Part shown: piece by piece, positions 36,486 through 51,940 of the stretch
Layout: the number at the start of each line of letters is the position of its first letter
How positions within the stretch are numbered: position 1 is the stretch's first letter
Assembly: GCF_964355755.1 (NCBI RefSeq)
Contig: NC_092678.1
Location: forward strand, 1,938,422-2,002,421
Source of the DNA: Antedon mediterranea
Lineage: Eukaryota > Animalia > Echinodermata
Direction: 5' to 3'
DNA: 64,000 nt
The notes under the pieces: model-generated
The model's input: only the letters and a program-made list of their open reading frames with translations
Told to the model about the DNA's origin: nothing
Databases searched by the model: none
Position numbers and translations under genes: made by a program

Positions 36486-39400
36486 GTTGCAACTAATAAT
36501 TGCAACATTTTTATATTATATTTTAGAAAGAAAATAATATGAAATCAATCCGGCAAAACAGAGTAAGCACAATAATCTTTTCAATTCCTGTATCTATCCG
36601 CGAAGAAGTACGGGAAAAGCTAAACAAGTTGCTAAAAGGTTATACAAAAAGGTGACAGCACCTACTGAGTGGGTCTTTAACATGGTGATCGCAAGAAAGC
36701 GAGATAAGCACTCGATGAAATGTTGCAAGATTAAAACAAGGAAAACAACAATTTGATTTTTAGTGCCATAAATCAAGGGTATAAAACATACTATGTTTTG
36801 CAAAGAATAGTTTGTAGTAGTAGCCAAACACATAAAGCGGAAAGATAAGGTAGGCCTATTGCCATTTTTAATACCAAGGGTATACAACGAATTTGCAAGT
36901 TTTCCAAAGAACAGTTTGTACGAGTAGACAAACTAAGGGTATAAAACATAAGGACTAAGCCACTGATTATTGTTTTTATGTAATAATGTGATTTTATTTT
37001 CTTTAACTTTTAGAAGAAACCCCACCAAGGGAAAACTGAAACAGTGCGACATCTGCGACATTGAATTTGTTCGTCTGGAAAGACATAAAAAACGCATGCA
37101 CACGGTAGGCCTATATTGCAATGTTAAATACACTGTGCTCCAGTTTACCATTTAAAAAAAAATTCAGTATAAATACGGTAAACCAAAAACAAAAGCGACG
37201 CAGCGGTGACTTGAAAAAAAAAGAAATTTAAAGTATAACGCCATCACACTCGCACGCCCTCGTGTGTTGTTGTTGCAGTGCGCCACCTTGCGCCCTATCG
37301 AGCGACATTGTTGTCGCCATGTGTTAGTTGGTTCTAGTAGGCTTAGTGTCGAAAAAACATACTATGTTTTGCAAAGAATAGTTTGTAGTAGTAGATAAAC
37401 ACATAAAGCAGAAAGATAAGGTAGGCCTATTGCCATTTTTAATACCAAGGGTATACAACGAATTATGCAATTTTCGATTTGGGGAGGTAACTTGATACAT
37501 TTTTGGACCATGAAGAAAAAGGGAGATGTCACATATCTAATATGTTTGTATGACGTCACAGTTCCCAGAGTGCTTTATGAATAAAAGTTACTCTCCATAT
37601 TGATCTCGCATAGCTGGTGGTCGATTCATTTTGTTGCAACTAATAATTGCAACATTTTTATATTATATTTTAGAAAGAAAATAATATGAAATCAATCCGG
37701 CAAAACAGAGTAAGCACAATAATCTTTTCAATTCCTGTATCTATCCGCGAAGAAGTACGGGAAAAGCTAAACAAGTTGCTAAAAGGTTATACAAAAAGGT
37801 GACAGCACCTACTGAGTGGGTCTTTAACATGGTGATCGCAAGAAAGCGAGATAAGCACTCGATGAAATGTTGCAAGATTAAAACAAGGAAAACAACAATT
37901 TGATTTTTAGTGCCATAAATCAAGGGTATAAAACATACTATGTTTTGCAAAGAATAGTTTGTAGTAGTAGACAAACACATAAAGCGGAAAGATAAGGTAG
38001 GCCTATTGCCATTTTTAATACCAAGGGTATACAACGAATTTGCAAGTTTTCCAAAGAACAGTTTGTACGAGTAGACAAACTAAGGGTATAAAACATAAGG
38101 ACTAAGCCACTGATTATTGTTTTTATGTAATAATGTGATTTTATTTTCTTTAACTTTTAGAAGAAACCCCACCAAGGGAAAACTGAAACAGTGCGACATC
38201 TGCGACATTGAATTTGTTCGTCTGGAAAGACATAAAAAACGCATGCACACGGTAGGCCTATATTGCAATGTTAAATACACTGTGCTCCAGTTTACCATTT
38301 AAAAAAAAATTCAGTATAAATACGGTAAACCAAAAACAAAAGCGACGCAGCGGTGACTTGAAAAAAAAAAGAAATTTAAAGTATAACGCCATCACACTCG
38401 CACGCCCTCGTGTGTTGTTGTTGCAGTGCGCCACCTTGCGCCCTATCGAGCGACATTGTTGTCGCCATGTGTTAGTTGGTTCTAGTAGGCTTAGTGTCGA
38501 AAAAACATACTATGTTTTGCAAAGAATAGTTTGTAGTAGTAGATAAACACATAAAGCAGAAAGATAAGGTAGGCCTATTGCCATTTTTAATACCAAGGGT
38601 ATACAACGAATTATGCAATTTTCGATTTGGGGAGGTAACTTGATACATTTTTGGACCATGAAGAAAAAGGGAGATGTCACATATCTAATATGTTTGTATG
38701 ACGTCACAGTTCCCAGAGTGCTTTATGAATAAAAGTTACTCTCCATATTGATCTCGCATAGCTGGTGGTCGATTCATTTTGTTGCAACTAATAATTGCAA
38801 CATTTTTATATTATATTTTAGAAAGAAAATAATATGAAATCAATCCGGCAAAACAGAGTAAGCACAATAATCTTTTCAATTCCTGTATCTATCCGCGAAG
38901 AAGTACGGGAAAAGCTAAACAAGTTGCTAAAAGGTTATACAAAAAGGTGACAGCACCTACTGAGTGGGTCTTTAACATGGTGATCGCAAGAAAGCGAGAT
39001 AAGCACTCGATGAAATGTTGCAAGATTAAAACAAGGAAAACAACAATTTGATTTTTAGTGCCATAAATCAAGGGTATAAAACATACTATGTTTTGCAAAG
39101 AATAGTTTGTAGTAGTAGACAAACACAGAAAGCGGAAAGATAAGGTAGGCCTATTGCCATTTTTAATACCAAGGGTATACAACGAATTTGCAAGTTTTCC
39201 AAAGAACAGTTTGTACGAGTAGACAAACTAAGGGTATAAAACATAAGGACTAAGCCACTGATTATTGTTTTTATGTAATAATGTGATTTTATTTTCTTTA
39301 ACTTTTAGAAGAAACCCCACCAAGGGAAAACTGAAACAGTGCGACATCTGCGACATTGAATTTGTTCGTCTGGAAAGACATAAAAAACGCATGCACACGG

Positions 39401-42400
39401 TAGGCCTATATTGCAATGTTAAATACACTGTGCTCCAGTTTACCATTTAAAAAAAAATTCAGTATAAATACGGTAAACCAAAAACAAAAGCGACGCAGCG
39501 GTGACTTGAAAAAAAAAGAAATTTAAAGTATAACGCCATCACACTCGCACGCCCTCGTGTGTTGTTGTTGCAGTGCGCCACCTTGCGCCCTATCGAGCGA
39601 CATTGTTGTCGCCATGTGTTAGTTGGTTCTAGTAGGCTTAGTGTCGAAAAAACATACTATGTTTTGCAAAGAATAGTTTGTAGTAGTAGATAAACACATA
39701 AAGCAGAAAGATAAGGTAGGCCTATTGCCATTTTTAATACCAAGGGTATACAACGAATTTGCAAGTTTTGCTAAGCCACTGATTATTGTTTTTATGTAAT
39801 AATGTGATTTTATTATTATTTTCTTTTTTTTTCTTTTAGAAGAAACCCAACCAAGGGAAAACCCAAAATGTGTGACATATGCAAAATTGAATATGTGCGT
39901 GTGGATCGACATATAAAACGTATGCACACGGTAGGCCTATATTGCAATGTTAAATACACTGTGGTCGAGTTTACCATTTTTTTATAAAATTCAGTATAAA
40001 TACGGTAAACCAAAAACAAAAGCGACGCAGCGGTGACTTGAAAAAAAAAGAAATTTAAAGTATAACGCCATCACACTCGCACGCCCTCGTGTGTTGTTGT
40101 TGCAGTGCGCCACCTTGCGCCCTATGTTTTGAATATTACATCAGACTTAGCATAAACATATAGGTTTAATATCTAAAATGTGTTTATAATTAAATACATA
40201 AATATTTCATTTTTGTTTTTGTGTCCTTTTTGCGAGACACGCATAGTAAATGTGTCCCGCCATATAAACACAATACACAACGAAAAAACGGACAAAGAAA
40301 GAAGGGCCAGTCTGGCGAAACTAAAAAAGAAGTGAGTAACACACCAAAAAAGGAAAATCTGTAACATACTTTCTTGTATTATTTTAGCATTTAATAAATC
40401 TACCATTGCATTACTTGGATACAAGTGAAGAAGACACACTATTTATTTTCATTGCACCAGAACGCTGCTTTATAATGTAGGCCTAATTAAAGGGACATAT
40501 ATAATGAAAATAACTTTTTTAATGACCGCTGTCATTACAAAATCGTAAAATGAACTTGCAGGATTTTACTTGGGCAAGGCAATCAGCTTTAATAGCAAAC
40601 CCACTTTCCCAACTCCTGGGACAAGTGTTTTTTTTCAGTCAAACAAACACATTTGACGTATTCTCTTGTCCCATAACAAGCGCTTTTAAAATAAGAAAAA
40701 TTGTAACAGCACAAAAAACCATGCGGCAACACACATTGTTAAAATACGAAGCTTCTTCAAAGCACATTAAAACCAGTGCATTTCATCACTGAAGGCAAAA
40801 ATCACTTATGTCATTAGATTATGCAATTTTCGATTTGGGGAGGTAACTTGATACATTTTTGGACCATGAAGAAAAAGGGAGATGTCACATATCTAATATG
40901 TTTGTATGACGTCACAGTTCCCAGAGTGCTTTATGAATAAAAGTTACTCTCCATATTGATCTCGCATAGCTGGTGGTCGATTCATTTTGTTGCAACTAAT
41001 AATTGCAACATTTTTATATTATATTTTAGAAAGAAAATAATATGAAATCAATCCGGCAAAACAGAGTAAGCACAATAATCTTTTCAATTCCTGTATCTAT
41101 CCGCGAAGAAGTACGGGAAAAGCTAAACAAGTTGCTAAAAGGTTATACAAAAAGGTGACGGCACCTACTGAGTGGGTCTTTAACATGGTGATCGCAAGAA
41201 AGCGAGATAAGCACTCGATGAAATGTTGCAAGATTAAAACAAGGAAAACAACAATTTGATTTTTAGTGCCATAAATCAAGGGTATAAAACATACTATGTT
41301 TTGCAAAGAATAGTTTGTAGTAGTAGCCAAACACATAAAGCGGAAAGATAAGGTAGGCCTATTGCCATTTTTAATACCAAGGGTATACAACGAATTTGCA
41401 AGTTTTCCAAAGAACAGTTTGTACGAGTAGACAAACTAAGGGTATAAAACATAAGGACTAAGCCACTGATTATTGTTTTTATGTAATAATGTGATTTTAT
41501 TTTCTTTAACTTTTAGAAGAAACCCCACCAAGAGAAAATTGAAACAGTGCGACATCTGCGACATTGAATTTGTTCGTCTGGAAAGACATAAAAAACGCAT
41601 GCACACGGTAGGCCTATATTGCAATGTTAAATACACTGTGCTCCAGTTTACCATTTAAAAAAAAATTCAGTATAAATACGGTAAACCAAAAACAAAAGCG
41701 ACGCAGCGGTGACTTGAAAAAAAAAGAAATTTAAAGTATAACGCCATCACACTCGCACGCCCTCGTGTGTTGTTGTTGCAGTGCGCCACCTTGCGCCCTA
41801 TCGAGCGACATTGTTGTCGCCATGTGTTAGTTGGTTCTAGTAGGCTTAGTGTCGAAAAAACATACTATGTTTTGCAAAGAATAGTTTGTAGTAGTAGATA
41901 AACACATAAAGCAGAAAGATAAGGTAGGCCTATTGCCATTTTTAATACCAAGGGTATACAACGAATTATGCAATTTTCGATTTGGGGAGGTAACTTGATA
42001 CATTTTTGGACCATGAAGAAAAAGGGAGATGTCACATATCTAATATGTTTGTATGACGTCACAGTTCCCAGAGTGCTTTATGAATAAAAGTTACTCTCCA
42101 TATTGATCTCGCATAGCTGGTGGTCGATTCATTTTGTTGCAACTAATAATTGCAACATTTTTATATTATATTTTAGAAAGAAAATAATATGAAATCAATC
42201 CGGCAAAACAGAGTAAGCACAATAATCTTTTCAATTCCTGTATCTATCCGCGAAGAAGTACGGGAAAAGCTAAACAAGTTGCTAAAAGGTTATACAAAAA
42301 GGTGACAGCACCTACTGAGTGGGTCTTTAACATGGTGATCGCAAGAAAGCGAGATAAGCACTCGATGAAATGTTGCAAGATTAAAACAAGGAAAACAACA

Positions 42401-45400
42401 ATTTGATTTTTAGTGCTATAAATCAAGGGTATAAAACATACTATGTTTTGCAAAGAATAGTTTGTAGTAGTAGACAAACACATAAAGCGGAAAGATAAGG
42501 TAGGCCTATTGCCATTTTTAATACCAAGGGTATACAACGAATTTGCAAGTTTTCCAAAGAACAGTTTGTACGAGTAGACAAACTAAGGGTATAAAACATA
42601 AGGACTAAGCCACTGATTATTGTTTTTATGTAATAATGTGATTTTATTTTCTTTAACTTTTAGAAGAAACCCCACCAAGGGAAAACTGAAACAGTGCGAC
42701 ATCTGCGACATTGAATTTGTTCGTCTGGAAAGACATAAAAAACGCATGCACACGGTAGGCCTATATTGCAATGTTAAATACACTGTGCTCCAGTTTACCA
42801 TTTAAAAAAAAATTCAGTATAAATACGGTAAACCAAAAACAAAAGCGACGCAGCGGTGACTTGAAAAAAAAAAGAAATTTAAAGTATAACGCCATCACAC
42901 TCGCACGCCCTCGTGTGTTGTTGTTGCAGTGCGCCACCTTGCGCCCTATCGAGCGACATTGTTGTCGCCATGTGTTAGTTGGTTCTAGTAGGCTTAGTGT
43001 CGAAAAAACATACTATGTTTTGCAAAGAATAGTTTGTAGTAGTAGATAAACACATAAAGCAGAAAGATAAGGTAGGCCTATTGCCATTTTTAATACCAAG
43101 GGTATACAACGAATTATGCAATTTTCGATTTGGGGAGGTAACTTGATACATTTTTGGACCATGAAGAAAAAGGGAGATGTCACATATCTAATATGTTTGT
43201 ATGACGTCACAGTTCCCAGAGTGCTTTATGAATAAAAGTTACTCTCCATATTGATCTCGCATAGCTGGTGGTCGATTCATTTTGTTGCAACTAATAATTG
43301 CAACATTTTTATATTATATTTTAGAAAGAAAATAATATGAAATCAATCCGGCAAAACAGAGTAAGCACAATAATCTTTTCAATTCCTGTATCTATCCGCG
43401 AAGAAGTACGGGAAAAGCTAAACAAGTTGCTAAAAGGTTATACAAAAAGGTGACAGCACCTACTGAGTGGGTCTTTAACATGGTGATCGCAAGAAAGCGA
43501 GATAAGCACTCGATGAAATGTTGCAAGATTAAAACAAGGAAAACAACAATTTGATTTTTAGTGCCATAAATCAAGGGTATAAAACATACTATGTTTTGCA
43601 AAGAATAGTTTGTAGTAGTAGACAAACACAGAAAGCGGAAAGATAAGGTAGGCCTATTGCCATTTTTAATACCAAGGGTATACAACGAATTTGCAAGTTT
43701 TCCAAAGAACAGTTTGTACGAGTAGACAAACTAAGGGTATAAAACATAAGGACTAAGCCACTGATTATTGTTTTTATGTAATAATGTGATTTTATTTTCT
43801 TTAACTTTTAGAAGAAACCCCACCAAGGGAAAACTGAAACAGTGCGACATCTGCGACATTGAATTTGTTCGTCTGGAAAGACATAAAAAACGCATGCACA
43901 CGGTAGGCCTATATTGCAATGTTAAATACACTGTGCTCCAGTTTACCATTTAAAAAAAAATTCAGTATAAATACGGTAAACCAAAAACAAAAGCGACGCA
44001 GCGGTGACTTGAAAAAAAAAGAAATTTAAAGTATAACGCCATCACACTCGCACGCCCTCGTGTGTTGTTGTTGCAGTGCGCCACCTTGCGCCCTATCGAG
44101 CGACATTGTTGTCGCCATGTGTTAGTTGGTTCTAGTAGGCTTAGTGTCGAAAAAACATACTATGTTTTGCAAAGAATAGTTTGTAGTAGTAGATAAACAC
44201 ATAAAGCAGAAAGATAAGGTAGGCCTATTGCCATTTTTAATACCAAGGGTATACAACGAATTTGCAAGTTTTGCTAAGCCACTGATTATTGTTTTTATGT
44301 AATAATGTGATTTTATTATTATTTTCTTTTTTTTTCTTTTAGAAGAAACCCAACCAAGGGAAAACCCAAAATGTGTGACATATGCAAAATTGAATATGTG
44401 CGTGTGGATCGACATATAAAACGTATGCACACGGTAGGCCTATATTGCAATGTTAAATACACTGTGGTCGAGTTTACCATTTTTTTATAAAATTCAGTAT
44501 AAATACGGTAAACCAAAAACAAAAGCGACGCAGCGGTGACTTGAAAAAAAAAGAAATTTAAAGTATAACGCCATCACACTCGCACGCCCTCGTGTGTTGT
44601 TGTTGCAGTGCGCCACCTTGCGCCCTATGTTTTGAATATTACATCAGACTTAGCATAAACATATAGGTTTAATATCTAAAATGTGTTTATAATTAAATAC
44701 ATAAATATTTCATTTTTGTTTTTGTGTCCTTTTTGCGAGACACGCATAGTAAATGTGTCCCGCCATATAAACACAATACACAACGAAAAAACGGACAAAG
44801 AAAGAAGGGCCAGTCTGGCGAAACTAAAAAAGAAGTGAGTAACACACCAAAAAAGGAAAATCTGTAACATACTTTCTTGTATTATTTTAGCATTTAATAA
44901 ATCTACCATTGCATTACTTGGATACAAGTGAAGAAGACACACTATTTATTTTCATTGCACCAGAACGCTGCTTTATAATGTAGGCCTAATTAAAGGGACA
45001 TATATAATGAAAATAACTTTTTTAATGACCGCTGTCATTACAAAATCGTAAAATGAACTTGCAGGATTTTACTTGGGCAAGGCAATCAGCTTTAATAGCA
45101 AACCCACTTTCCCAACTCCTGGGACAAGTGTTTTTTTTCAGTCAAACAAACACATTTGACGTATTCTCTTGTCCCATAACAAGCGCTTTTAAAATAAGAA
45201 AAATTGTAACAGCACAAAAAACCATGCGGCAACACACATTGTTAAAATACGAAGCTTCTTCAAAGCACATTAAAACCAGTGCATTTCATCACTGAAGGCA
45301 AAAATCACTTATGTCATTAGATTATGCAATTTTCGATTTGGGGAGGTAACTTGATACATTTTTGGACCATGAAGAAAAAGGGAGATGTCACATATCTAAT

Positions 45401-48400
45401 ATGTTTGTATGACGTCACAGTTCCCAGAGTGCTTTATGAATAAAAGTTACTCTCCATATTGATCTCGCATAGCTGGTGGTCGATTCATTTTGTTGCAACT
45501 AATAATTGCAACATTTTTATATTATATTTTAGAAAGAAAATAATATGAAATCAATCCGGCAAAACAGAGTAAGCACAATAATCTTTTCAATTCCTGTATC
45601 TATCCGCGAAGAAGTACGGGAAAAGCTAAACAAGTTGCTAAAAGGTTATACAAAAAGGTGACGGCACCTACTGAGTGGGTCTTTAACATGGTGATCGCAA
45701 GAAAGCGAGATAAGCACTCGATGAAATGTTGCAAGATTAAAACAAGGAAAACAACAATTTGATTTTTAGTGCCATAAATCAAGGGTATAAAACATACTAT
45801 GTTTTGCAAAGAATAGTTTGTAGTAGTAGCCAAACACATAAAGCGGAAAGATAAGGTAGGCCTATTGCCATTTTTAATACCAAGGGTATACAACGAATTT
45901 GCAAGTTTTCCAAAGAACAGTTTGTACGAGTAGACAAACTAAGGGTATAAAACATAAGGACTAAGCCACTGATTATTGTTTTTATGTAATAATGTGATTT
46001 TATTTTCTTTAACTTTTAGAAGAAACCCCACCAAGGGAAAATTGAAACAGTGCGACATCTGCGACATTGAATTTGTTCGTCTGGAAAGACATAAAAAACG
46101 CATGCACACGGTAGGCCTATATTGCAATGTTAAATACACTGTGCTCCAGTTTACCATTTAAAAAAAAATTCAGTATAAATACGGTAAACCAAAAACAAAA
46201 GCGACGCAGCGGTGACTTGAAAAAAAAAGAAATTTAAAGTATAACGCCATCACACTCGCACGCCCTCGTGTGTTGTTGTTGCAGTGCGCCACCTTGCGCC
46301 CTATCGAGCGACATTGTTGTCGCCATGTGTTAGTTGGTTCTAGTAGGCTTAGTGTCGAAAAAACATACTATGTTTTGCAAAGAATAGTTTGTAGTAGTAG
46401 ATAAACACATAAAGCAGAAAGATAAGGTAGGCCTATTGCCATTTTTAATACCAAGGGTATACAACGAATTATGCAATTTTCGATTTGGGGAGGTAACTTG
46501 ATACATTTTTGGACCATGAAGAAAAAGGGAGATGTCACATATCTAATATGTTTGTATGACGTCACAGTTCCCAGAGTGCTTTATGAATAAAAGTTACTCT
46601 CCATATTGATCTCGCATAGCTGGTGGTCGATTCATTTTGTTGCAACTAATAATTGCAACATTTTTATATTATATTTTAGAAAGAAAATAATATGAAATCA
46701 ATCCGGCAAAACAGAGTAAGCACAATAATCTTTTCAATTCCTGTATCTATCCGCGAAGAAGTACGGGAAAAGCTAAACAAGTTGCTAAAAGGTTATACAA
46801 AAAGGTGACAGCACCTACTTAGTGGGTCTTTAACATGGTGATCGCAAGAAAGCGAGATAAGCACTCGATGAAATGTTGCAAGATTAAAACAAGGAAAACA
46901 ACAATTTGATTTTTAGTGCCATAAATCAAGGGTATAAAACATACTATGTTTTGCAAAGAATAGTTTGTAGTAGTAGACAAACACATAAAGCGGAAAGATA
47001 AGGTAGGCCTATTGCCATTTTTAATACCAAGGGTATACAACGAATTTGCAAGTTTTCCAAAGAACAGTTTGTACGAGTAGACAAACTAAGGGTATAAAAC
47101 ATAAGGACTAAGCCACTGATTATTGTTTTTATGTAATAATGTGATTTTATTTTCTTTAACTTTTAGAAGAAACCCCACCAAGGGAAAACTGAAACAGTGC
47201 GACATCTGCGACATTGAATTTGTTCGTCTGGAAAGACATAAAAAACGCATGCACACGGTAGGCCTATATTGCAATGTTAAATACACTGTGCTCCAGTTTA
47301 CCATTTAAAAAAAAATTCAGTATAAATACGGTAAACCAAAAACAAAAGCGACGCAGCGGTGACTTGAAAAAAAAAGAAATTTAAAGTATAACGCCATCAC
47401 ACTCGCACGCCCTCGTGTGTTGTTGTTGCAGTGCGCCACCTTGCGCCCTATCGAGCGACATTGTTGTCGCCATGTGTTAGTTGGTTCTAGTAGGCTTAGT
47501 GTCGAAAAAACATACTATGTTTTGCAAAGAATAGTTTGTAGTAGTAGATAAACACATAAAGCAGAAAGATAAGGTAGGCCTATTGCCATTTTTAATACCA
47601 AGGGTATACAACGAATTATGCAATTTTCGATTTGGGGAGGTAACTTGATACATTTTTGGACCATGAAGAAAAAGGGAGATGTCACATATCTAATATGTTT
47701 GTATGACGTCACAGTTCCCAGAGTGCTTTATGAATAAAAGTTACTCTCCATATTGATCTCGCATAGCTGGTGGTCGATTCATTTTGTTGCAACTAATAAT
47801 TGCAACATTTTTATATTATATTTTAGAAAGAAAATAATATGAAATCAATCCGGCAAAACAGAGTAAGCACAATAATCTTTTCAATTCCTGTATCTATCCG
47901 CGAAGAAGTACGGGAAAAGCTAAACAAGTTGCTAAAAGGTTATACAAAAAGGTGACAGCACCTACTGAGTGGGTCTTTAACATGGTGATCGCAAGAAAGC
48001 GAGATAAGCACTCGATGAAATGTTGCAAGATTAAAACAAGGAAAACAACAATTTGATTTTTAGTGCCATAAATCAAGGGTATAAAACATACTATGTTTTG
48101 CAAAGAATAGTTTGTAGTAGTAGACAAACACATAAAGCGGAAAGATAAGGTAGGCCTATTGCCATTTTTAATACCAAGGGTATACAACGAATTTGCAAGT
48201 TTTCCAAAGAACAGTTTGTACGAGTAGACAAACTAAGGGTATAAAACATAAGGACTAAGCCACTGATTATTGTTTTTATGTAATAATGTGATTTTATTTT
48301 CTTTAACTTTTAGAAGAAACCCCACCAAGGGAAAACTGAAACAGTGCGACATCTGCGACATTGAATTTGTTCGTCTGGAAAGACATAAAAAACGCATGCA

Positions 48401-50909
48401 CACGGTAGGCCTATATTGCAATGTTAAATACACTGTGCTCCAGTTTACCATTTAAAAAAAAATTCAGTATAAATACGGTAAACCAAAAACAAAAGCGACG
48501 CAGCGGTGACTTGAAAAAAAAAGAAATTTAAAGTATAACGCCATCACACTCGCACGCCCTCGTGTGTTGTTGTTGCAGTGCGCCACCTTGCGCCCTATCG
48601 AGCGACATTGTTTTCGCCATGTGTTAGTTGGTTCTAGTAGGCTTAGTGTCGAAAAAACATACTATGTTTTGCAAAGAATAGTTTGTAGTAGTAGATAAAC
48701 ACATAAAGCAGAAAGATAAGGTAGGCCTATTGCCATTTTTAATACCAAGGGTATACAACGAATTTGCAAGTTTTGCTAAGCCACTGATTATTGTTTTTAT
48801 GTAATAATGTGATTTTATTATTATTTTCTTTTTTTTTCTTTTAGAAGAAACCCAACCAAGGGAAAACCCAAAATGTGTGACATATGCAAAATTGAATATG
48901 TGCGTGTGGATCGACATATAAAACGTATGCACACGGTAGGCCTATATTGCAATGTTAAATACACTGTGGTCGAGTTTACCATTTTTTTATAAAATTCAGT
49001 ATAAATACGGTAAACCAAAAACAAAAGCGACGCAGCGGTGACTTGAAAAAAAAAGAAATTTAAAGTATAACGCCATCACACTCGCACGCCCTCGTGTGTT
49101 GTTGTTGCAGTGCGCCACCTTGCGCCCTATGTTTTGAATATTACATCAGACTTAGCATAAACATATAGGTTTAATATCTAAAATGTGTTTATAATTAAAT
49201 ACATAAATATTTCATTTTTGTTTTTGTGTCCTTTTTGCGAGACACGCATAGTAAATGTGTCCCGCCATATAAACACAATACACAACGAAAAAACGGACAA
49301 AGAAAGAAGGGCCAGTCTGGCGAAACTAAAAAAGAAGTGAGTAACACACCAAAAAAGGAAAATCTGTAACATACTTTCTTGTATTATTTTAGCATTTAAT
49401 AAATCTACCATTGCATTACTTGGATACAAGTGAAGAAGACACACTATTTATTTTCATTGCACCAGAACGCTGCTTTATAATGTAGGCCTAATTAAAGGGA
49501 CATATATAATGAAAATAACTTTTTTAATGACCACTGTCATTACAAAATCGTAAAATGAACTTGCAGGATTTTACTTGGGCAAGGCAATCAGCTTTAATAG
49601 CAAACCCACTTTCCCAACTCCTGGGACAAGTGTTTTTTTTCAGTCAAACAAACACATTTGACGTATTCTCTTGTCCCATAACAAGCGCTTTTAAAATAAG
49701 AAAAATTGTAACAGCACAAAAAACCATGCGGCAACACACATTGTTAAAATACGAAGCTTCTTCAAAGCACATTAAAACCAGTGCATTTCATCACTGAAGG
49801 CAAAAATCACTTATGTCATTAGATTATGCAATTTTCGATTTGGGGAGGTAACTTGATACATTTTTGGACCATGAAGAAAAAGGGAGATGTCACATATCTA
49901 ATATGTTTGTATGACGTCACAGTTCCCAGAGTGCTTTATGAATAAAAGTTACTCTCCATATTGATCTCGCATAGCTGGTGGTCGATTCATTTTGTTGCAA
50001 CTAATAATTGCAACATTTTTATATTATATTTTAGAAAGAAAATAATATGAAATCAATCCGGCAAAACAGAGTAAGCACAATAATCTTTTCAATTCCTGTA
50101 TCTATCCGCGAAGAAGTACGGGAAAAGCTAAACAAGTTGCTAAAAGGTTATACAAAAAGGTGACAGCACCTACTTAGTGGGTCTTTAACATGGTGATCGC
50201 AAGAAAGCGAGATAAGCACTCGATGAAATGTTGCAAGATTAAAACAAGGAAAACAACAATTTGATTTTTAGTGCCATAAATCAAGGGTATAAAACATACT
50301 ATGTTTTGCAAAGAATAGTTTGTAGTAGTAGACAAACACATAAAGCGGAAAGATAAGGTAGGCCTATTGCCATTTTTAATACCAAGGGTATACAACGAAT
50401 TTGCAAGTTTTCCAAAGAACAGTTTGTACGAGTAGACAAACTAAGGGTATAAAACATAAGGACTAAGCCACTGATTATTGTTTTTATGTAATAATGTGAT
50501 TTTATTTTCTTTAACTTTTAGAAGAAACCCCACCAAGGGAAAACTGAAACAGTGCGACATCTGCGACATTGAATTTGTTCGTCTGGAAAGACATAAAAAA
50601 CGCATGCACACGGTAGGCCTATATTGCAATGTTAAATACACTGTGCTCCAGTTTACCATTTAAAAAAAAATTCAGTATAAATACGGTAAACCAAAAACAA
50701 AAGCGACGCAGCGGTGACTTGAAAAAAAAAGAAATTTAAAGTATAACGCCATCACACTCGCACGCCCTCGTGTGTTGTTGTTGCAGTGCGCCACCTTGCG
50801 CCCTATCGAGCGACATTGTTTTCGCCATGTGTTAGTTGGTTCTAGTAGGCTTAGTGTCGAAAAAACATACTATGTTTTGCAAAGAATAGTTTGTAGTAGT
50901 AGATAAACA

Positions 50910-50975
50910 TGTAGAGGCAATTTGCATATGTGTTAGCAGGTGTAACAGTATAGTGGGTAAGTTGGATCTCACTAA
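50910..50975 (+). repeat. 5' LTR (66 bp, internally deleted)
   Basis: Matches both ends of the 300-bp 3' LTR with 234 bp missing. Confidence 0.92.
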
Positions 50976-50977
50976 AG

Positions 50978-50995
50978 TGGTGACCCCGACGTGAT
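50978..50995 (+). promoter_or_regulatory. Primer-binding site complementary to tRNA-Trp
   Basis: TGGTGACCCCGACGTGAT 2 nt after the 5' LTR. Confidence 0.9.
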
Positions 50996-51127
50996 CTAAC
51001 GAGAGTGCTTGGAATATTTAAATATTTTTTCTTCGTCGTTGTTGCAAGATTACTTTGAGTTGTCGTTGTTTGATACGTGAATGGAATTATGGCAAGACCT
51101 TCTCCGGGAAGAGCTACACCGATCAAA

Positions 51128-51940
51128 ATGGCCGCTAGAATGGATGAGGCACCACCTGTGGCGGCTGCTGTAAGTTTAAAATTGCCGCCATTTTGGCCGA
51201 ATGACCCACTTATTTGGTTTGCGCAAGTGGAGGCTCAGTTTGTTACCAGAGGAATTACGGCTGAGGAAACAAAGTATTCGTATATAATTGCTTCTTTGCC
51301 GCCTAATATCGCACAGGAGGTTCGGGATTTATTGCTAAGCCCTCCATACCAGAGGCCATATACCCATTTGAAATCGGAATTGGTTAAAAGGACATCCGTG
51401 TCGGAGCAAAAGCGTCTTCATCAGTTGTTAACAACGGAAGAATTAGGTGATCGCAAGCCTAGTCAGTTACTACGCAAGATGTACCAATTGCTGGGGGATC
51501 GTGATTTAGAGACATCCATCCTGAAACAGTTGTTTGTGCAAAGATTGCCTACTAATGTTCAATTGATATTAGCGTCCACCCGTGAGGATATGGACCTTTC
51601 AGATCTGGCAGCGTTGGCCGATAAAATTTTGGAAGTTTCTCCACCACCACCTACTATTGCCACGACAATTAAGGATACAGGTGCACGCGCAACGTCAGAC
51701 GAATTACGAGAATTGAGAGCTGAAGTTAATAAGCTGACTAGCCTCGTTTCTTCCTTGGCGAAACAAGTCAGAGGCAGAAGCCGTAGTAAACAACGTGAAA
51801 GCCGAAAACGCTCGCCCTCTGCTACATCTAATGATGGTTTATGCTGGTATCATCATCGATATGGTAACAAGGCACATAAATGTAATTCACCATGCTCTTT
51901 TTCCTCACAGAAGGCGGGAAACGACCAAGCCAGCGACTAG
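51128..51940 (+). CDS. gag: Gag protein
   Basis: [32 protein letters not shown]-x2-H-x9-C-x3-C knuckle ([18 protein letters not shown]); exact start ATG uncertain. Confidence 0.92.
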   Translation: MAARMDEAPPVAAAVSLKLPPFWPNDPLIWFAQVEAQFVTRGITAEETKYSYIIASLPPNIAQEVRDLLLSPPYQRPYTHLKSELVKRTSVSEQKRLHQLLTTEELGDRKPSQLLRKMYQLLGDRDLETSILKQLFVQRLPTNVQLILASTREDMDLSDLAALADKILEVSPPPPTIATTIKDTGARATSDELRELRAEVNKLTSLVSSLAKQVRGRSRSKQRESRKRSPSATSNDGLCWYHHRYGNKAHKCNSPCSFSSQKAGNDQASD

